DNA from: Epiperipatus broadwayi
Taxonomy: Eukaryota > Animalia > Onychophora
NCBI GenBank assembly: GCA_028023455.1
Contig: JAQFVV010000003.1
Span: forward strand, 26,350,001-26,414,000
Length of the DNA: 64,000 nt
Direction: 5' to 3'
Below are positions 13,901 through 26,487 of this stretch, one piece after another. Position numbers and translations under genes: made by a program. The notes beneath the pieces were generated by a model. The model saw only the letters and a list, made by a program, of their open reading frames with translations, had not been told where the DNA came from and did not search any database. How positions within the stretch are numbered: the stretch's first letter is position 1; each line of letters starts with the position of its first letter.

Positions 13901-16900
13901 TCTTTCATGAAAAATATTACATATGCTGTACTACTCACATAATGTAAAAAGAAAAAAAAATGTTTTATATAAAAATGGTTAGTATAAAGCAATCAAAGGA
14001 CAAATTCTTAAATCTTTTCATAATTATTCATGGCAATGATGTTACAGATCTTTAGATGAATAAACTTGAAAAAAATAAATTAATATTAAAAATCACACTA
14101 AACTAAATAAATTAATGAATTTTACTGAATGCTGAGAAATTTGTTGGAATAAATAACAAAATGTTTTTCTACATGTGTTAGTTGTAAAAATAACATCTTT
14201 CTTCATAATTTTCAGCAGTGCATAGCTTATCTTAATTTAGCACAAAATATTAAACTGCTTTTTGCATTATTAGGAAATTGCAGATGGTTGTGGCTAATAT
14301 TATAGGATTGTAGAAGTAATGTTTCAGTAATTTACATACAGTAATATAGGGAATATACAACAGCTTTGACAGTGCACTGGATTTATTACAGATATTTTTT
14401 ATATTTGCCACTATACTATCTTTATTTAATTAAACATTGATTTGCATTCTTGTTCTGCTTTCACACTTAACTTTTCATTTTTTTTTTTTTGTCATTTTTC
14501 TAAAGGTAGCAGATATTAATGGACTTCATTTTATTCATACTGTTATCTTTGAAATACAGCAGCAGTACTTCTATTATTTTGGTTTTAATTTCACAAGCTG
14601 TGCATATGGCAGCTGAAAGCTTTCGCTTAATTTAAGAATTTATTCATTACTTGCACAATTATAACTGTACAAATTTTAAAGCCATTCCTCCCTTACTCTA
14701 GAGCTATTTAATATAAGATTCAAACTTGAGGGTTTTTTTTTTTTTTAATTCAGGATACTAACCTGAGTAATATAATAAAATAAAATTGGATGCTAGATAC
14801 ATAAATATATTAGCTCCATCTTTGACTTTAATCACTCATGAAAGTGAACACCTGTAATCATTCTGATAATGTGAATATTGTAATTTCTATACCATTTGAT
14901 ATTCATTAATTACTGAGATTTTCAGTTTATGGTTCTAGAATAGGGTGAAGAATGCAACTGTTGAAAGCATATGAAAAAGTACTGTAATATTTTAGAGGTT
15001 TCTTTATTTGCAGTATTGAATGTAATAGTGATTTTTCAAACTGTATTTCTTTTTTCTACGGGAATATTTTTTGTTGTTGCTTTGAATCAGAATATCTTAA
15101 TTATGATAGCCTTTATATAGATGGCATGCAAGTTTTTACATGTCTGATTATTCTAATTTAATAATGGAAACAAGTTTCAATAGAAGATTACTGAAATGTA
15201 GTATATACTATTATATAATATTTCATCCTGTATTTGTTTGGAGTTCTGAAATAAGATATCATCATCTAATCACTATATCTGGTTCTTTTTCATTATTTCT
15301 TTATAATGAATTAATTTATTCTTAGGCTAATGAGTGACATGTGGCGATTTTAATAATTAAATATTAAGAAATCTTTTTTTTTTTTATGCTTTGTATGTTT
15401 TAATGCACAAGGCATTCACTTTGAACTTTTAAGTATTGTTTTTGCTGAAAAAATACGTTATTTTAAGAAAAATAATATAATACAAAAGATTAATAAATAA
15501 ATGTTGCTACAATATATTGAAAGACTAAAACGTTCTACTGAGCAATTTTTTTTAGCAAAATCATTAAATTATTAGGAGATATAACATTTTAAGATATTTT
15601 TAGATTTGTTGATATAATACATTGGTTAGATTAAAAAAAAGTCTATTGAGGAACTTCCTTTAACAAAATCAGTAAATTATTATTAGATATAATATTTGAA
15701 AATATTTTTAGATTTATTGTTATCAATAGTAACAATGATTACATAACTTCCATTTTATTTTAAAATTATTTTCTTTTTCAATGCTGTTCTTAGTATTATA
15801 TCTAATTATATTACTTTCAAATAATGCTACAATATTTTGACTATACCAGTAAGTCATTTTCTTAGAGATCAAGTAACATTGGGGCATAAGGTTTTAACAT
15901 CACTTCTGTTACTTAAATATCACATGACCTTCTGAGTAACTAATAATTTGATGATAACTATGATCTTCCATCACTGAAATATAATAAAATAAAGACAATA
16001 CTAATATATATTCAGAGAAAACATAAAAAATATAAAATACAAACCTTAATGCATTTTATATTCAAAACAACAACCAATCGAAATGCAAAATCATTTATAT
16101 TATTAATAAGGTAGATTCAGTAATGAACATTATTAGATTTTGTGTTTATCATTGAGTCTGTTATTTATGTTATCACCAAGTATGAGTGCATTTTAAAACA
16201 TGCATTTAAATATATAATTTATTATTTCCTTTGGTTATTTCTGATAATACATTAAAGTTTATTTAATATTTTCAATGTTTTATCATAATATATAATATTA
16301 GTATTGCCTTTAATTTATCAATCATATATTCCATGACTTCGATGATAAACTATTACCAAGAACAAGATAGTTATTTTATAATAATGATCAACAGAGTAAA
16401 AATATTATTTTACCTTGCAAAGGTAAATCTATAATAATTAACAACATGAGACATAGATCAGATAAAAATATAAATGAGATAAAACATATAGTTATTCAAA
16501 AAACAAAGATAATGTTAAGAATGGTAGATATGGCAGAGATCAGAATGTGGAACAGAAAGAATTATTTTGCAGTATAAAATTTGCAATTTGAAACTTTAGC
16601 ATAAAATATGATAATTGACTGTGATTTAAGACACTGGAATATTTCCATCTCATTCAACATATGATGACTTGATAGTTAGTTAGAATAGAATGGTTGGAAC
16701 ATGGAAAATAAACAAAAAAAAGTGACAAGAAAACTTATTATTGCTGTGGAATTTCCTAGAGTAATGTTTTATTGCCACTACTAATAAATATGGGATAATT
16801 ACTGAATTATGGTAAGTTACATAACATTTCATTTATAATGTATCTCATATTCAATTTATTTTAATAATTATCATTATTTAATTTTTCAAATTATCAGATT

Positions 16901-19900
16901 TTGAAAATGAGATTGATAAGCAATTAGAAAACATATTAGTGATAAGTGTTTCAAAAAGTGGAGGCAATAGCAAGAAAAATAAACTGTTCATAGAATTTTA
17001 ACCAGATAGGAATATAGTTCCATAAATAGTGCAAAAGAAACAACAATGTTTGAATCTCCTAGTAATTCCAAGAAAAAAGATTTGACTTTAGCTGTTAATT
17101 ATTACAATTGAGGCAACAGGATGAAGCAATTAAATCAAGATTAAGCACTTTTTAATTTCTATAATATTTAGGTAAATATTATTAGATGAATAAATTAAAA
17201 ATTTAGCAATTAACAAATAAAAATAATTCAGACGTGGCTGTGATTGGTATAAATAATCTGAATGTACTTTATGTGGAATTTTACATTTAAGTAAGTTTGT
17301 ACTTCTCAAAGTTTGCCTAATTTACAGTTAATTATTATTAATTATTGCTCTGAAAAAAGATAAGATAAATTACAGGCTCAGCGCATGTAGGTTTACCACT
17401 TCTTCTTCACCCATGTTGAAGGTTATATGTTGTTACTTTTTTTTTTAAAGCAAAACAGCATTTATCTAATAGATCTATATTAACCTGGATTTTATCCTCC
17501 AATATATCTTTTCATCTATATAAATAAAAAGAAAAGTTGTAAAAATCTTTAGACAGTCTGCTGCTATGCAATAGACTCTTCAACAATAATCCAATCCAAC
17601 TGATAGATAGAGTTTAAATGTTTCTTTTTTTTTTGTTTTACCCTCTAAATATAAATACATAGATTCACCATGTAATGAAAATGATTCAATGTGATTGTCT
17701 GGATAAGAATGCTTAAAAGAAAAATTCTAAAAACTTACTTGTAAACTTAAATCTCAAATTTGAGCTGGACATTTAATGGGTATGACCAATGGAGATTGAC
17801 TAATATGCACAAAAACCTGCACACATCAGTATATATTGCCAATAAATATGATTTTAATATATATATGAACAATAAACAAATTTATGTGTTTGAAATTATT
17901 TTCAATATTAATTGATATATATATATTTTCAATTTTAATAAATATCTCAGGATAATTTTTAAAAATCAAGTATTAATGTAGAATAATAATTTGTCATTAT
18001 CATGCTTTTCTGTTTATTAGAATTTGTGTAATGTTTTAAAAACGTATATAATATGGGTCACAGATGTGCTTCTCCTGACAATTGGCTGTTGTATTCTCTG
18101 GAAACAGATAACGGCTTGTTTTTAATATTATCTTAAACAACTTATTAAACTTAAGATTCTTATAATAAGGAGGAAGAGTTTGTTTTTTTTAAAAAAAAAA
18201 ATATTATACAAAAATTACTTATATTTACTGTATTTGGAAAATATTAGTTGACAGATTCATATTTGGCATCGTTGTTTTGCCAACCATATACCCTTCTATT
18301 ATATGACTTTAAAGTATGGAAAGCTTGTTTGTAAGTTTTTGAATAAGATAGATAACCTAGCATATATATACAAAGAGATTTATAGTGTAACTGAAATATT
18401 TGACTATGATGCTTATAACTTTGGTTTGACTACAGACGGAATAAATATGGAATTTTTTTTCAACAGGAATGGATTTTTTTTTTAAGTAGTCAGTTCCTAA
18501 CCAAGTAAATGGATATATAACTATTCTTAATTAGAAAATAAAATAAAAATTGAAAAATTGCTCAAACTCCAACCACCAGATAATTCACCAGACTGGTGAG
18601 TAGTTTTTTCTTCACTGATTCTCCATGATGTAACTTTTAGATGGGTCTTTCCCCTGAAATGTACTATTTAAAGCCTGTTATCTTAGCCCTTATTTTTTTT
18701 ATCTATATTTAGAAAATATATGTAGTAGTTATTGAATACAGATTAGAATAATTGAGCAAAGGATATGATTATGCAATTATTCACTCCTTTTGAGAAATGC
18801 AGTCTTCAACACATTAATTAACAAACTGAATATATTTATATAAGAATTTATTATTTACTATTTGAACACAATTGAAAGAAAACATATTAACAAAAGCCAT
18901 CTTAATTGTAGGGTTGAATATATTTATATGACATTTAAATAAATATGTAAATATTATTTAGATAAAATATATATTAAATTAATTTAGTATTTAATATAGA
19001 GATTTAACATTTTTGAAAGATGGAATCATTTATGACAGTTCACTTTTCTGTACCACTAAATTTCATGTGATGATATTACTGTGCGTGTAAACTGAAATAT
19101 TATGTACATAATTATTTATTGTATTTTATCAATTTATGTGTGTCATTTCTTTCAAATAAATCTACTTACCAAGTTTTCATGGTCAAATGCATAGTGTAAT
19201 GGGGGCAATATATCTCTTCCATTATTAGCAATTTCTTGTAAATGATTATGATCATTCTAACTCTAGAAGAAAAAACCAATGAGAAAGGTGAAAAATAAAA
19301 AATTAAAGATGTTTTGTAATATTATATAAACCTGCTCATGACAATTTTTTTTTCCCAAAAAATCTTTAATTTCTTGCCTAACTGTAGCATTCCATTATAT
19401 TCCATCCATGAAAATTATGCTCAAAGTTCATTATAAAATTCTTTTATAAGAACTATCATGTTCAATTGGTTTAGATGTTCAGTCCAGTGAAGATGTTCCT
19501 TTGTAATTGTAGATTCAAATTTATCAAACTGAAGAACTTTTCAGTTGATATTATAATTTAACTGTTTTTCCAGTGTTTTTTTATTTTATTTTGATAATAA
19601 AGGATCCATGCCTCTCTTTTGTATTATAAATGTGGTAGAATAACATTCTTATTTTCAACTAATTTAATTGTACTAGTTCTATCATTATGATAAATTTTTG
19701 AAAAATCCATTAAATTTAGAAATTTTTTCTATGTTCTTTTTTTTTGTTTTTTGTAGTTGTTGGTTTTGTCAGTGTCATTTGTTGACATTATTTATCCATT
19801 AAAAATAGATTTTGTGTAAATTTTCTTATATTTTTTTCCACATCATGTTTATATTTTATAATAATTTAATATTTGTAATATCAGCATTGATTTATATATG

Positions 19901-20789
19901 CGTCTATAGTTTTGAAAGGGCTTATGATGTATTTATCGGTGTCTCCGGTCTCCGCTTGCCATGTCTATAGTCTAGTGATCAAATCAGGATGAAATTTACT
20001 TTTTTTTCAAGAGCTGAAATTTCTAAACAATCTTTGAATTTTTTTTTTTTTTCAGATAGTCCAACTTAATTAATCATTCACTTATTGTCACTAAATAGAT
20101 ATGTAGCATATTTTTAGCTTGATTACAATGCAAGAAAGGAAAACCATATGCTCTTACCAACTGTAGTGACTAGCCTGCTGGATAATATCTTCTCATTCAC
20201 TAATCATATGTTAATGGATTCTGGAGATGTCTTGGCTTTATTGTGACTATTTAAAACTGTTTGCCTTTTATCTGTATTTACGTGTATTTTGAATTCTTTT
20301 CCTAGAAATTAGTACAACCAAGCAATGATAATAGAACCTTATTTTGCCATCAAATTATACTTATTTAATTTAATTAATTCTAGGTCTCAATTTTAGAAGT
20401 ATCTTCTAAATTTTAATGATCCTCATAGAATTAAGATATATTTATATACATATATATATAAAAAGGTCAAATGACAATTACCAGTATTAGTAATTAATAA
20501 TGGAACTTTTCTCTAGCTGTCAGCTTCTTTAACTTTTTACAATAAGAAAATGGCCACTTATTATGTTCTTCAAACTTCTTATAGAGAGTTAACTAAAATT
20601 ACAATAGCCAGAGGCAAATAGGAGTTTTGTTAATTAATTTTACTTGGAAATTATTACTTATAAAGTATTATTTGTTATATAAATATATACGTGTGTGTGT
20701 GTGGGTGTAGCACTAATTTGCCTATTATTAAATATTTCTAACTAGTTTGATTGTTTTGAATCAAATGATAATCATTTCTTTTTATTATT

Positions 20790-21085
20790 CTCCTCAATTC
20801 ATAGATTGGTGGCTAATATAGTTGATCAGCCATCTCTCTGTTACCAGATCTTTTATTAATCTGTAAAACCATTTTTCCCAATTGCATCCATATATTCATT
20901 CCATTGTATGTATTTCTCTTGCTAGATTTCTTTTCATCATTTTGTCCATTAACAATGTACACTATTCTGAATATATCATTAAGCGATCGACCATTCTGTT
21001 TTTTTCTTTGAATAATGATTTTCAAAATTCATATTTTCTTTTTCAACCAGATTCATTATTTTTTCATTCTAGTTGTCCATAAATA
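20790..21085 (-). mobile_element. Decayed 3' end of RTE/RTE-X-like LINE
   Basis: Minus-strand WTTRMK...LKIIIQRKK...R.GNREMADQLY resembles the RTE C-terminus (WT.R.TNEEVL...LLK.IRKR...DR..WR). Confidence 0.4.
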
Positions 21086-21732
21086 CCATTATCACGCAAT
21101 GCTAACATTACATTTCAAAGGCTTATATATATATATATTTTTAGATTAAAACAATGGCCATGTCTTTGATTCATATAAAGCTTTACCCCAAATGTAATTC
21201 TTGGATGAAATATTTTTTAATGTGGAATATCATATAGAAGTGAAAAACTTCATCAAAGTGCCAATTATATAACAAATGTTTTACTTCAAATATTTAAAGC
21301 TCCAACAATTTTGCACATATGATTGTAAATCATGGGTTAGACATTTTTAGAGAATTGCGTCATGCAGTTATTTATAAAATAAGATAAAATAATGTTTTTC
21401 ATATTGATATGTCATTAATTCAGAGGTAAATAAACTATGCATTGTAAGGATATATAAATGAAAATTTTTGCAGTCATCATGAAAAATAGTTTTCCAGACT
21501 AAATAGTTATGGGCTATTTTTATTTATCTCTGATGGTTCACCAATGTAGCAGTTGGCATTTTCAGAAGCAAAAAAAAAGCATAATTCAAAGACATTTTTT
21601 AGAAATTCAGTCATCAACTTATGATATTCAGAAGTTATTATTTATCTGTCAAGAAATTTGTTTAAAAAAAAATTTCAGAGATGTTCAGTCATAAACATAG
21701 TTATTTTATGCATATATAAATTTTTTAAATCT

Positions 21733-21868
21733 ATTTTTAAATGAAAATATTTCATCTGAATGTTACATTCAGTTATTAATTGAACTGACAAAAAAAAAAT
21801 CAATTTTTAAATGAAGATATTTCATCTGAATGTTATATTCAGTTATTAATTGAACTGACAAAAAAAAT
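21733..21868. repeat. 70-bp direct tandem duplication
   Basis: atttttaaatgaa(a/g)atatttcatctgaatgtta(c/t)attcagttattaattgaactgacaaaa at 21733 and 21803. Confidence 0.9.
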
Positions 21869-22927
21869 CTTAATTTTTTTGTTAGTTATTGATATTTCTC
21901 ATGAAGTCAAATAATGTTCTCACATTGTCGTTAGTATGATCAATTGCTCAGGATATCAAGTGACATTAAGAGATGAGTACAATAGTTCTATTTATTTTGA
22001 TGTGATTTTTTTTTTCTTAATTGTGAATGAATTCAGTAGCTTTTAGCTCTTGAGTTTGATATTCTTGCAATTGCTTTAAACCAACTGGTTTACGATATAC
22101 AGGTTTCCAGTTAGTTATCCATCAATTACATTAATTAAGTCATTTACTATCATTTCTTTTCTTGGTAATCAGATGAGCAATGGTGCATCCAACAAAAGTA
22201 TGACCATATTTACAGTTGATGAATATAAAAATAAATCACAATCCAGAAATCAGGCATAAATATTATCCAGCAGAAGAAATCTTGAAATTTTAATTTTTAA
22301 TATTTTTGACTTCAATTAAGTGCATTTTTATATAGATGTAATTTTTTTAATGAATCCTATGAAAACAAGGTTTATTATGGGATACAGTGTATGGAAAGGT
22401 AAATGTGAATTTGGATTTTTTCATTAAAGTAATGAATTTAATCATGTTGTATTTCCTTACATGCCAAAGAAACTATATATCCCTGTTATTTTTAGATATG
22501 AGTGTGCTAAATTATTCTATTGGTTTTACAATACTTTTGTAAAAAACTCAGTACTACATATTATTAAAGCATAAATCAATAGTTAGGAATTGCATATTAT
22601 AAATGAATTTAAAAGATAATTTAATATGTTCAAAGTTTTTCATAGTTTTTAGATTGCACCATTAATGTTAAATTTTATAAAATAATAATGATTACATTTT
22701 GGAAAAAGTAGAATTATGAAGTATTCATTAATTAATAATAATAATAATGATGATGATGTTAAACCATTAAGTATCACATGATCACTATCTCTTATACTAG
22801 CACATAATTGTTTATAAACAAAGCAAAACTCTCCACACAGTATTGCCACCCTGTGCCAACCAGAGTAATCAATGAATGCCAGAAGGTTTGTGCATAAAAT
22901 CCCTATCTAATGCCTACTCATCCAATA

Positions 22928-22969
22928 TCCCCAGACTAGTTTCTGGCTTGTGGCCATCATCAGTGAGGA
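22928..22969 (-). ncRNA. Type I hammerhead ribozyme A1 (intact core)
   Basis: Minus strand UCCUCA-CUGAUGA-UGGC(CACAA)GCCA-GAAA-C(UA)G-UC^-UGGGGA; stem I extends via AUCCAA/UUGGAU after an internal loop (22917-22983). Confidence 0.9.
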
Positions 22970-23356
22970 GCTTTGGATCTGAGAGCACTGCACCTAGATC
23001 TTAGGATCTAATGCAACTCTCCAGCACCCACCTTTTATCTCTACTTAACTACAAAACTATGAGAATGAAATTGAAAACACAAAAATATTTTCAATCTAAG
23101 ATCAATAGCTTATAAAGTCATATGGGTCTGAACTCAGTTCAGCACCCATACATTTTGGTGTCTTTGACTCTTTAACAACCATAGCCACCACTGTCCTAAG
23201 CATCACATGATCACTATCTCTTATACTAGCACATAATTGTTTATAAACAAAGCAGAACTCTCCATACAGTATTGCCACCCTGTGCTAACCAGAGTAATCA
23301 ATGAATGCCAGAAGGCTTGTGCATAAAATCCCTATCTAATGCCTACTCATCCAATA

Positions 23357-23398
23357 TCCCCAGACTAGTTTCTGGCTTGTAGCCATCGTCAGTGAGGA
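23357..23398 (-). ncRNA. Type I hammerhead ribozyme A2 (intact, CUGACGA)
   Basis: Same fold as A1; N7=C, loop II UACAA. Confidence 0.9.
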
Positions 23399-23808
23399 GC
23401 TTTGGATCTGAGAGCACTGCACCTAGATCTTAGGATCTAATGCAACTCTCTAGCACCCCCCTTTTATCTCTACTTAACTACAAAACTATGAGAATGAAAT
23501 TGAAAACAAAAATATTTTCAATCTAAGCTCAATAGCTTATATAGTCATATGGGTCTGAACTCAGTTCAGCACCCATACATTTTGGTGTCTTTGGCTCTAA
23601 CAACCATAGCCACCACTATCCTATTAGGCAGGATTGGTGTTAAGCCATTAAGCATCACATGATCACTATCTCTTATACTAGCACATAATTGTTTATAAAC
23701 AAAGCAAAACTCTCCATACAGTATTGCCACCCTGTGCCAACCAGAGTAATCAATGAATGCCAGAAGGCTTGTGCATAAAATCCCTATCTAATGCCTACTC
23801 ATCCAATA

Positions 23809-23850
23809 TCCCCAGACTAGTTTCTGGCTTGTGGCCATCATCAGTGAGGA
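23809..23850 (-). ncRNA. Type I hammerhead ribozyme A3 (intact)
   Basis: Same fold as A1, CUGAUGA core. Confidence 0.9.
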
Positions 23851-24263
23851 ACTTTGGATCTGAGAGCACTGCACCTAGATCTTAGGATCTAATGCAACCC
23901 TCCAGCACCCACCTTTTATCTCTACTTAACTACAAAACTATGAGAATGAAATTGAAAACACAAAAATATTTTCAATCTAAGCTCAATAGCTTATATAGTC
24001 ATATGGGTCTGAACTCAGTTCAGCACCCATACATTTTGGTGTCTTTGGCTCTTTTACAACCATAGCCACCACTATCCTATTAGGCAGGATTGGTGTTAAA
24101 CCTTAAGCATCACATGATCACATCTCCTATACTAGCACATTAATTGTTGATAAACAGAGCAAAACTCTCCATACAGTATTGCCACCCTGTGCTAACCAGA
24201 GTAATCAATGGATGCCAGAAGGCTTGTGCATAAAATCCCTATCTAATGCCTACTCATCCAATA

Positions 24264-24305
24264 TCCCCAGACTAGTTTCTGGCTTGTGGCCTTCGTCAGT
24301 GAGGA
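24264..24305 (-). ncRNA. Type I hammerhead ribozyme A4 (CUGACGA; 10.1 U>A)
   Basis: Core intact; base pair at the foot of stem II is an A-A mismatch. Confidence 0.8.
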
Positions 24306-24718
24306 GCTTTGGATCTGAGAGCACTGCATCTAGATCTTAGGATCTAATGCAACCCTCTAGCAACCCCCTTTTATCTCTACTTAACTACAAAACTATGAGA
24401 ATGAAATTGAAAACAAAAAATATTTTCAATCTAAGCTCAATAGCTTATATAGTCATATGGGTCTGAACTCAGTTCAGCACCCATACATTTTGGTGTCTTT
24501 GGCTCTTTTACAACCATAGCCACCACTATCCTATTAGGCAGGATTGGTGTTAAACCATTAAGCATCACATGATCACCATCTCTTATACTAGCACATAATT
24601 GTTTATAAACAAAGCAAAACTCTCCATACAGTATTGCCACCCTGTGCCAACCAGAGTAATCAATGGATGCCAGAAGGCTTGTGCATAAAATCCCTATCTA
24701 ATGCCTACTCATCCAATA

Positions 24719-24760
24719 TCCCCAGACTAGTTTCTGGCTTGTGGCCTTCATCAGTGAGGA
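24719..24760 (-). ncRNA. Type I hammerhead ribozyme A5 (10.1 U>A)
   Basis: CUGAUGA core intact; same stem II variant as A4. Confidence 0.8.
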
Positions 24761-25156
24761 GCTTTGGATCTGAGAGCACTGCATCTAGATCTTAGGATCT
24801 AATGCAACCCTCCAGCACCCACCTTTTATCTCTACTTAACTACAAAACTATGAGAATGAAATTGAAAACACAAAAATATTTTCAATCTAAGCTCAATAGC
24901 TTATATAGTCATATGGGTCTGAACTCAGTTCAGCACCCATACATTTTGGTGTCTTTGGCTCTTTAACAACCATAGCACACCTATTACTGTTAAGCCTAAG
25001 CATCACATGATCACTATCTCTTATACTAGCACATAATTGTTTATAAACAAAGCAGAACTCTCCATACAGTATTGCCACCCTGTGCTAACCAGAGTAATCA
25101 ATGAATGCCAGAAGGCTTGTGCATAAAATCCCTATCTAATGCCTACTCATTCATTA

Positions 25157-25198
25157 TCCCCAGACTAGTTTCTGGCTTGTGGCCATCATCAGTGAGGA
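25157..25198 (-). ncRNA. Type I hammerhead ribozyme A6
   Basis: Core intact; distal stem I extension mutated (tcattat for ccaatat). Confidence 0.8.
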
Positions 25199-25680
25199 AC
25201 TTTGGATCTGAGAGCACTGCACCTAGATCTTAGGATCTAATGCAACTCTCCAGCACCCACCTTTTATCTCTACTTAACTACAAAACTATGAGAATGAAAT
25301 TGAAAACACAAAAATATTCATTGATTACTCTGGTTGGCACAGGGTGGCAATACTGTATGGAGAGTTTTGCTTTGTTTATAAACAATTATGTTCTAGTATA
25401 AGAGATAGTGATCATGTGATGCTTAATGGTTTAACACCAATCCTGTCTAATAGGATAGTGGTGGCTATGGTTGTTAAAGAGCCAAAGACACCAAAATGTA
25501 TGGGTGCTGAACTGAGTTCAGACCCATATGACTATATAAGCTATTGAGCTTAGATTGAAAATATTTTTTGTGTTTTCAATTTCATTCTCATAGTTTTGTA
25601 GTTAAGTAGAGATAAAAGGTGGGTGCTGGAGAGTTGCATTAGATCCCAAGATCTAGGTGCAGTGCTCTCAGATCCAAAGC

Positions 25681-25722
25681 TCCTCACTGACAATGGCCAC
25701 AAGCCAGAAACTAGTCTGGGGA
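25681..25722 (+). ncRNA. Type I hammerhead A7, probably inactive (G8A: CUGACAA)
   Basis: tcctca-ctgacaa-tggccacaagcca-gaaa-ctagtc-tgggga on the plus strand; the C3-G8 pair is broken. Confidence 0.75.
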
Positions 25723-26117
25723 TATTGGATGACTAGGCATTAGATAGAGATTTTATGCACAAGCCTTCTGGCATTGATTGATTATTCTGGTTGGCACAGG
25801 GTGGCAATACTGTATGGAGAGTTTTGCCTTGTTTATAAACAATTATGTGCTAGTATAAGAGATAGTGATCATGTGATGCTTAATGGTTTAACACCAATCC
25901 TGCCTAATACGATAGTGGTGGCTATGGTTGTTAAAGAGCCAAACACACCAAAATGTATGGGTGCTGAACTGAGTTCAGCTATTGAGCTTAGATTGAAAAT
26001 ATTTTTGTGTTTTTAATTTCATTCTCATAGTTTTGTAGTTAAGTAGAGATAAAAGGTGGGTGCTGGAGAGTTACATTAGATCCTAAGATCTAGGTGCAGT
26101 GTTCTCAGATCCAAAGC

Positions 26118-26159
26118 TCCTCACTGACGATTGCCACAAGCCAGAAACTAGTCTGGGGA
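26118..26159 (+). ncRNA. Type I hammerhead A8 (core intact, stem II mismatch)
   Basis: tcctca-ctgacga-ttgccacaagcca-gaaa-ctagtc-tgggga. Confidence 0.75.
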
Positions 26160-26487
26160 TATTGGATGAGTAGGCCTTAGATAGAGATTTTATGCACAAG
26201 CCTTCTGGCATTCATTGATTACTCTGGTTGGCACAGGGTGGCAATACTGTATGGAGAGTTTTGCTTTGTTTATAAATAATGATGATGATAATAATAATAA
26301 TATATTTTTTATTTTATTATTTATATAATTTTATTAAACAAGCAATATACATATATATACAAGAGAATAACTCCAATGCAGAATTTGTGTGAGGAATTAT
26401 TCATAAGAGTCATTATATTATTACAATATATATATAATAAAATATTATCCAGGTATATCCATGTTTAATTTATTAAAACATATGTAT

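Larger units (their letters stand above)
22758..26276. mobile_element. Hammerhead-containing tandem array (family A, retrozyme-like), ~430-455 bp units, internal inversion at ~25317
   Basis: About 8 near-identical units; HHR spacings 429, 452, 455, 455, 438 (minus arm) and 437 (plus arm); flanked by direct repeat (aa)taatgatgatgat at 22743-22757 and 26275-26289. Confidence 0.9.

Noticed and set aside
16897-17170. Purine-rich exon-like stretch (DFENEIDKQLENIL...)
   Set aside because: Multiple stops and frameshifts, no family recognised
18255-18330. 76-nt candidate coding exon (ag...gtaagt, two open frames)
   Set aside because: No recognisable protein and no partner exons; such sites arise by chance in AT-rich DNA
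24437-26016. Repeated 61-80 aa ORFs (MAILYGEFCFVY...) in family A units
   Set aside because: Non-ATG (GTG/TTG) starts, lengths broken by indels between copies, no recognisable domain; by-products of a non-coding repeat
22758-26276. CRISPR-like or plain satellite interpretation of the array
   Set aside because: No unique spacers or cas genes and a eukaryotic context; HHRs, TSD and inversion point to a retroelement
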